Below, in pieces: positions 58,427-64,000 of a stretch of 64,000 nucleotides of DNA (position 1 is its first letter; every line of letters begins with the position of its first letter). The stretch comes from Deltaproteobacteria bacterium (GTDB lineage Bacteria > Desulfobacterota > JBBIRW01). Where the stretch lies: NCBI GenBank assembly GCA_037441565.1, contig JBBIRW010000007.1, forward strand, positions 43,297-107,296. The letters are read 5' to 3'. The notes under the pieces were generated by a model, which was given only the letters and a program-made list of their open reading frames with translations, had not been told where the DNA came from and made no database searches. The position numbers and the translations under genes are program-made.

Positions 58427-59455
58427 TCAATCTATGATAAGGACCTTTGCCCCTTTTATCCTCCCTTCCTTTAACTCAAGGATAGCACGATTTGCATCAC
58501 GCAATGCGAATAGCTGATATTGGGGTTTTATAGGGATCTGTGATGCCATATATAGAAACTCACGAACATCCTCTCTTGTTACATTAGCAACACTCTTTAT
58601 TTCCTTCTCAAGCCATAGATCGCGGGGATAATTGAGTCTGAGAAGCGCATCCTTATCCATCTCCTCCTTCCTTATCGCATTGATAACAAGCCTTCCACCT
58701 GCTTCGATATTCTTCATCACTTCAACAACAGGTCTCCATACAGGTGTTGTATCTATTGCAGAATGGATCTTTTCAGGCGATTCTTCCTCGATTCGACCTG
58801 TCCATACTGCACCAAGTTCCTTTGCAAACTCCCTTTCCCTCTCCCCCCTTGCAAAGACAAAAACCCGGGAGTTCGGGTAGTGGAATCTTATCAACTGGAT
58901 AACAAGATGTGCAGAGGCACCAAAACCAACAAGTCCGATATTCTGTCCATCCCTGTGTCCTGAAAGCCTCAACGAGCGATAACCTATTGCACCTGCACAG
59001 AGAAAAGGGGCTGCCTCTGCATCTGAAAACACCTCTGGAATCTCATAGGCAAAATCCTCTCTTACCTTTGTATATTCTGCATAACCCCCATGGGCATCCC
59101 TTCCTGTTGCCTCAAATCTTTCGCACAGGTTCTCCATGCCAATGATACAGAATCTGCATCTTCCACAAACACCGTGAATCCAAGCTACCCCAACCCTATC
59201 CCCTATTTTGAATCTTTTTACACCCTTTCCTACCTCTACGACCCTTCCCACAATCTGATGACCGGGTATCATGGGGATTGTTGAAGGAGGGGTCCTTCCC
59301 TCTATTTCATCGATCTCTGTATGACATACCCCGCATGCATTAACCCTGATTACGATCTCCCCTTCCTCAGGCACAGGATCCGGCATGTCGCAGAATTCCA
59401 ATGGTTCCCTGGTCTCAGTTAAACTGGATATCCTCCTGATAACCATTGCCTTCAT
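58427..59455 (-). CDS. adh: zinc-dependent alcohol dehydrogenase (MDR family)
   Basis: 342 aa; catalytic-Zn motif CGVCHTE, structural-Zn Cys cluster (CGRCRFC), Rossmann GLVGFGASAH. Confidence 0.85.
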   Translation of the reverse strand: MKAMVIRRISSLTETREPLEFCDMPDPVPEEGEIVIRVNACGVCHTEIDEIEGRTPPSTIPMIPGHQIVGRVVEVGKGVKRFKIGDRVGVAWIHGVCGRCRFCIIGMENLCERFEATGRDAHGGYAEYTKVREDFAYEIPEVFSDAEAAPFLCAGAIGYRSLRLSGHRDGQNIGLVGFGASAHLVIQLIRFHYPNSRVFVFARGEREREFAKELGAVWTGRIEEESPEKIHSAIDTTPVWRPVVEVMKNIEAGGRLVINAIRKEEMDKDALLRLNYPRDLWLEKEIKSVANVTREDVREFLYMASQIPIKPQYQLFALRDANRAILELKEGRIKGAKVLIID

Positions 59456-59595
59456 TTCCGCCTCCGATCAACATACAAAAACTCTATCATGAATCCAGAA
59501 TTTTATTATAATTAATAATTTGAAAAGACACCTCTTTAATCTCCTGATCTTTTAATCAGTTGATGTAGAACATTTTCAAAGAGGGAGGGATTGGT

Positions 59596-60663
59596 ATGAA
59601 AATCGCCCAGATCTCGCCCCTTTTTGAAAGTGTCCCGCCGAAGTATTACGGTGGCACTGAGCGCGTTGTATCATACCTAACGGAAGAGCTCATACGCCAG
59701 GGTCATGATGTAACACTCTGTGCAAGTGGAGATTCCCTAACAAAAGCAAGGCTTATTGCGCCATGCAAGAAATCACTACGCCTTGATAAAAACTGCATAG
59801 ATCGAATGGCCCATCATATCCTGATGCTGGAGATGTTATTACAGAGGTTTGAGGAGTTTGATATCATCCATTTTCATATCGACTATCTGCACTTCCCCAT
59901 TTCACGTCGTATGCACGCACCTCATATAACTACCCTTCATGGAAGACTCGACATACCTGATCTTGTTCCTTTATACAGGGAGTTCTCAGATATTCCACTG
60001 GTATCCATCTCAAATGCGCAGCGAGAGCCCCTTCCCTGGGTAAACTGGAAAAGAACAATCTATCACGGCATTCCAGCAGATCTTTACACCTTCAGACCGG
60101 AATCTGGAAAATATCCTGCCTTTCTTGGCCGGATATCCCCTGAAAAAAGGGTTGACAGGGCGATAGAGGTGGCAAGACGTGTGGGAATGCCTTTAAAGAT
60201 AGCTGCAAAGGTGGATGTAGCTGATAAAGAATATTTTGAATTTGCTATAAAGCCACTTCTTAAATCAAAGGATGTAGAATACCTTGGAGAGATAAATGAG
60301 GCTGAGAAGAATGAGTTTCTTGGAAATGCCTATGCCTTACTCTTTCCTATCGACTGGCCAGAGCCCTTTGGACTTGTCATGATCGAGGCGATGGCATGTG
60401 GAACTCCCGTAATTGCGTTCCGTAAAGGCTCTGTCCCTGAGGTGATGGTGGATGATGTAACAGGAAAAATCGTGCATAATATTGGTGAAGCAGTGCGCGC
60501 CGTATATGAGCTATCCAATTTCAATCGCCTTAGATGCAGGAAACTCTTTGAGGAACGGTATACCTCTGAAAGGATGGCAAGGGATTATTTAGAGGTTTAT
60601 CGGGAGATTATCAATGAATGGAGGTGTAATCGCTGGACCGACCCATTCGGAAGGGCAGCATGA
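59596..60663 (+). CDS. glycosyltransferase, GT4 family
   Basis: 355 aa; GT-B fold with GT4-type C-terminal motif (EPFGLVMIEAMACGTPVIA). Confidence 0.8.
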   Translation: MKIAQISPLFESVPPKYYGGTERVVSYLTEELIRQGHDVTLCASGDSLTKARLIAPCKKSLRLDKNCIDRMAHHILMLEMLLQRFEEFDIIHFHIDYLHFPISRRMHAPHITTLHGRLDIPDLVPLYREFSDIPLVSISNAQREPLPWVNWKRTIYHGIPADLYTFRPESGKYPAFLGRISPEKRVDRAIEVARRVGMPLKIAAKVDVADKEYFEFAIKPLLKSKDVEYLGEINEAEKNEFLGNAYALLFPIDWPEPFGLVMIEAMACGTPVIAFRKGSVPEVMVDDVTGKIVHNIGEAVRAVYELSNFNRLRCRKLFEERYTSERMARDYLEVYREIINEWRCNRWTDPFGRAA

Positions 60664-62828
60664 AGGAGGTCATCAGGATTGATGAACATTATTATATCTT
60701 AGCCACCTCCCCCAGGGTTGATGATATAACAAGGGTGCTTAAGGAGGGGGAGACCTTTGCAGTATTTGATAGAAGAGGGGATATACAACCTTTCGGTCTC
60801 GGCGAACAGGGACTTTATTCAGGTGGAACGCGATTCCTTTCAAGACTGGAATTTCACCTGGGGGACCAGAGACCTCTCCTCCTTAGCTCCACAATCCGTG
60901 ACGATAACGCACTCCTTTCCGTTGACCTCACAAACCCCGACATCCCTGGTAAAGACGGATCTATCATTCTAAGAGGGACCCTTCACTTTTTTAGATCAAA
61001 GCTCCTCTGGAAGGGTTGCTGCTATGAGCATCTTCGTATAACCAACTACGGGGAGCGCCCTGTTCGGATAAGATTTGGATGGAATTTTGGATCAGACTTT
61101 GCTGATATCTTCGAAATCAGGGGAGTAAAAAGGGAGAGGCGGGGCAAATTCCTCGAAGACAGAGTCACAACAGACGCTGTTATACTATCTTACGAGGGTC
61201 TGGATGGAAAGATAAGGAGAACACAGATAGAATTCAATCCTCCGCCAGAGATTTTAACCCGGGATGAAGCATCATACACAATTACCATAGATCAGAGGGA
61301 GGAGAAATCCTTCTTCCTCACCGTAAGGTGTTTTAACCCGGATACAGATCAACCCGAGATACTCACCTATCACAAGGCCCTCTCATTCACAAAGGAAGCA
61401 CTCACCTCAGTGCGATCATCACATTGTGAAATATTTACATCAAATGAGCAGTTCAATGACTGGATCAACAGATCACTATCAGATCTTTATATGATGCTAA
61501 CAAAAACACCCTCGGGTCCATATCCCTATGCAGGCGTGCCATGGTTCAGCACTGCCTTTGGTCGCGATGGAATTATCGCATCATTAGAATGGCTATGGGC
61601 AAATCCAGATATAGCAAGGGGCGTTCTTAAATTTCTCTCAGAAACACAGTCAAAGAAATTTGATCCTGATATCGAAGCAGAACCAGGTCGTATCCTTCAT
61701 GAGATCAGGAAGGGAGAAATGGCATCGCTTAATGAAATCCCCTTTGGAAGATACTACGGAAGCGCAGATGCTACTCCACTTTTCGTGATTCTCGCCTCTG
61801 AGTATTATGAACGCACCGCTGACCTTGAACTGATAAAGGAGATATGGCCCAATATAGAGCTTGCTCTTGAGTGGATGGAAAAATATGGAGATATCGATGG
61901 AGATGGGTATGTGGAATACAGATCGCACTCGTCGAAGGGGCTTATTCATCAAGGCTGGAAGGACTCAATGGATGCTGTATTCTATGAAAATGGATTTCCG
62001 GCAGAGGGACCAATTGCCGTTGTAGAAGTTCAGGCCTATGTCTATGCTGCACGCATAGGTGCTGCGAAACTTTCAAGAGCCCTTGGTAATGAGGAAAAGA
62101 GCCTTCAGTTTATTCAAAGTGCGCAAGCACTGAGGGAGAAATTTGAAAGGGATTTCTGGTCAGAGGAGCTTTCAACATACATCCTTGCGCTTGATGGTAA
62201 GAAGCACCCCTGTAAGGTAAAGGCATCCAATGCTGGACACTGTCTCTTCTGTGGGATCGCGAGCCCTCAGAGGGCGTTTCAGGTTGCAAAAACCCTCCTT
62301 TCAGAAGAATTCTTCTCAGGATGGGGTATAAGGACGCTCTCTTCGCGCGAAAAGCGATATAACCCCATGTCCTACCACAATGGCTCAGTATGGCCCCATG
62401 ACAATGCCATTATTGCTGCGGGATTCTCCAGATACGGCATTAAAAAAGGGGTTCTGAAAATCTTAACAGGACTTTTCGATGCAAGCCTCTTCTTTGATCT
62501 CCACAGGATGCCAGAACTGTTTTGCGGTTTTCCGAGAAGGCCGGGCGAAGGTCCAACCCTCTACCCCATCGCATGTTCTCCGCAATCCTTGTCAGCATCC
62601 TCTGTATTCCTTCTTCTTCAGGCATGCCTCGGACTTCACACCGATGCCATACATCTCAGCATAAAATTTATAAATCCAACACTCCCACCATTCCTCCAGG
62701 AAGTTACCATAAAGAATCTACGGATCCGGGATTCATCCATTGATATTGTGCTGAGAAGATATCCCGATGATGTTGGGGTCGAAATATTAAGAAGGGATGG
62801 TCCTGTTGATGTGATCGTTAAAAAGTAG
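60660..62828 (+). CDS. amylo-alpha-1,6-glucosidase / glycogen-debranching-enzyme-like protein
   Basis: 722 aa; N-terminal GDE_N-like beta domain and C-terminal six-hairpin glycosidase-like domain; ATGA overlap with the GT4 gene. Confidence 0.7.
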   Translation: MKEVIRIDEHYYILATSPRVDDITRVLKEGETFAVFDRRGDIQPFGLGEQGLYSGGTRFLSRLEFHLGDQRPLLLSSTIRDDNALLSVDLTNPDIPGKDGSIILRGTLHFFRSKLLWKGCCYEHLRITNYGERPVRIRFGWNFGSDFADIFEIRGVKRERRGKFLEDRVTTDAVILSYEGLDGKIRRTQIEFNPPPEILTRDEASYTITIDQREEKSFFLTVRCFNPDTDQPEILTYHKALSFTKEALTSVRSSHCEIFTSNEQFNDWINRSLSDLYMMLTKTPSGPYPYAGVPWFSTAFGRDGIIASLEWLWANPDIARGVLKFLSETQSKKFDPDIEAEPGRILHEIRKGEMASLNEIPFGRYYGSADATPLFVILASEYYERTADLELIKEIWPNIELALEWMEKYGDIDGDGYVEYRSHSSKGLIHQGWKDSMDAVFYENGFPAEGPIAVVEVQAYVYAARIGAAKLSRALGNEEKSLQFIQSAQALREKFERDFWSEELSTYILALDGKKHPCKVKASNAGHCLFCGIASPQRAFQVAKTLLSEEFFSGWGIRTLSSREKRYNPMSYHNGSVWPHDNAIIAAGFSRYGIKKGVLKILTGLFDASLFFDLHRMPELFCGFPRRPGEGPTLYPIACSPQSLSASSVFLLLQACLGLHTDAIHLSIKFINPTLPPFLQEVTIKNLRIRDSSIDIVLRRYPDDVGVEILRRDGPVDVIVKK

Positions 62829-62852
62829 TGGTAAAATGTTTATGGAATCTCC

Positions 62853-63740
62853 ATGGAAGGGGAGAATATAAGGATTGGAACTTCTGGATGGTCCTATCCC
62901 ACGGGGAAGGGAAGGTGGGCTGATCTATTCTATCCGGAAAGGGTGAGGGATGAACTTTATTTCTATTCAAGGATATTCAACACAGTGGAGGTAAACTCAA
63001 CCTTTTACCGCCCTATACCATTCCAAGTGGCTAAATCATGGTTAAGAAGGGTCCCTTCTGACTTTGAATTTACCATAAAGCTCTGGAACAGATTCACGCA
63101 TCCTATGATGGGGGAGGAGGCGGGTGAGAGGGAATATGATCTCTTCAAAAGCGGGGTGGATCCCATAGTGGAGGGTGGTAAATTTGGATGTCTGCTCATT
63201 CAGTTCCCGCCGAGCTTTGCATATTCACCACAATCCGTTGAAAAGCTCTGCCATATCTTAAATAAATTTGCCTCCTACAGGAAAGTGGTTGAACTCAGGA
63301 ACAGAACATGGAGCGATAGCATGGATGACACAATCCGGATTCTCAAGGAAATGGATGCCTCGCTTGTATACATAGATGAGCCAAAGTTCAGATCTTCCAT
63401 TAGACAGGAACTCAAGCCCTCCGGTGAGATCCTCTACATACGCTTTCACGGCAGAAACAGGGAAAAGTGGTGGAACCATGAGAATGCAGAGGAGAGGTAC
63501 GACTATCTTTACTCCATAGATGAACTAAAGCCTTTTGCGGTGGAAATCAGGAAGATCGCAGAGAGTGGTTCGATAAAAAGCATCTACGTATTCTTCAATA
63601 ATCATCCCAGAGGACAGGCACCCGCAAATGCACTCATGATGAAAAACCTCCTCAACATCGAATCTAAAGCTCCTCTCTATGAAAAATTCCTCGACTCCTT
63701 TCCCATCCTGAGGGAGATACTATCAGTAGAACAGGGTTAA
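62853..63740 (+). CDS. DUF72-family protein
   Basis: 295 aa; hallmark IGTSGWSY near the N-terminus. Confidence 0.75.
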   Translation: MEGENIRIGTSGWSYPTGKGRWADLFYPERVRDELYFYSRIFNTVEVNSTFYRPIPFQVAKSWLRRVPSDFEFTIKLWNRFTHPMMGEEAGEREYDLFKSGVDPIVEGGKFGCLLIQFPPSFAYSPQSVEKLCHILNKFASYRKVVELRNRTWSDSMDDTIRILKEMDASLVYIDEPKFRSSIRQELKPSGEILYIRFHGRNREKWWNHENAEERYDYLYSIDELKPFAVEIRKIAESGSIKSIYVFFNNHPRGQAPANALMMKNLLNIESKAPLYEKFLDSFPILREILSVEQG

Positions 63741-64000
63741 GCCCTTTCCAGCCTTACCCTTGATGCACCCTTTGCTTTCCTCAAAATCTTTGGATTACCC
63801 AGAATCCTTCCCACTATATTGACCTTACTTGCGGGCACTGGTTTTTCACCACTGCTTGCAGGGGTCGGGCCAAAAAATATCGCCATTGCCCTTCCAGGTG
63901 GCCAGTATCCTATATCACCAACATTAACATCCGTTGTTGCAGTTTCATCAAGACCCATCTTTACAGGAATCGTGAAGTAGAATTCATCCCCCCATTCCTG
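63737..64000 (-). CDS. cyclophilin-like-fold hypothetical protein, 3' fragment (gene starts beyond window end)
   Basis: Minus-strand frame is open from the window end (...QNGGDEFYFTIPVKMGLDETATTDVNVGDIGYWPPGRAMAIFFG...) to the stop at 63737. Confidence 0.4.
   Translation of the reverse strand, partial: QEWGDEFYFTIPVKMGLDETATTDVNVGDIGYWPPGRAMAIFFGPTPASSGEKPVPASKVNIVGRILGNPKILRKAKGASRVRLERA

Noticed and set aside
63737-63958. 73-aa ORF treated as a complete gene
   Set aside because: The same frame stays open upstream to the window end (…QNGGDEFYFTIPVK precedes the first Met), so it is a 3' fragment of a longer gene and is reported as partial.
1-64000. Search for CRISPR arrays, transposases, integrases or phage genes
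   Set aside because: No regularly spaced direct repeats of 25-40 bp and no ORF with transposase, integrase or phage structural motifs; the window appears to be core chromosome rather than a mobile island.

Overview
Bacterial chromosomal window, low-GC and gene-dense (about 65 protein-coding genes, no rRNA, tRNA, CRISPR array or transposase/integrase recognised by eye). It is dominated by redox and energy metabolism. The main blocks are: (i) 253-9145, housekeeping and DNA repair (MscS, glutamate-synthase-like flavoprotein, Nfo, HAD hydrolase, Nth) plus a receiver-PAS-Ser/Thr kinase fusion; (ii) 10099-15628, a minus-strand operon of AorABC-like tungsten aldehyde oxidoreductase with ADP-forming acetyl-CoA synthetase; (iii) 23533-27334, an oxidative-stress island (Fe/Mn SOD, bacterioferritin-like protein, hemerythrin, a 57-aa rubredoxin absent from the ORF track, NDH-2, DoxX); (iv) 27427-38811, a contiguous respiratory module of SCO1, A-type cytochrome c oxidase (I, III, IV, II), a polytopic membrane protein with a C-terminal monoheme cytochrome c domain, and Alternative Complex III (ActA, B, C, D, F-like) with no ActE; (v) 38825-44692, NRAMP-UspA fusion transporter, COG0523 GTPase, divergent RtcB/RtcA; (vi) 44689-50138, a second oxidase cluster (heme O synthase, CoxI, CoxIII, Rrf2 regulator) containing a single-ORF SCO1-CoxII-cytochrome c fusion; (vii) 50326-56370, pyruvate:ferredoxin oxidoreductase porGDAB followed directly by a HoxEFU/NuoEFG-like flavoprotein module with no hydrogenase subunit; (viii) 56343-64000, DUF523, ABC exporter, Zn-ADH, GT4 glycosyltransferase, glycogen-debranching-like protein, DUF72. 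The strongest candidates for undescribed biology are the oxidase/ACIII module with its membrane cytochrome c, the SCO1-CoxII-cyt c fusion, and the POR-diaphorase operon. All calls rest on reading the translated frames and recognising motifs; no database search was run. The ORF track translates GTG/TTG starts as M, so several starts were moved to internal ATGs that remove overlaps and are approximate.
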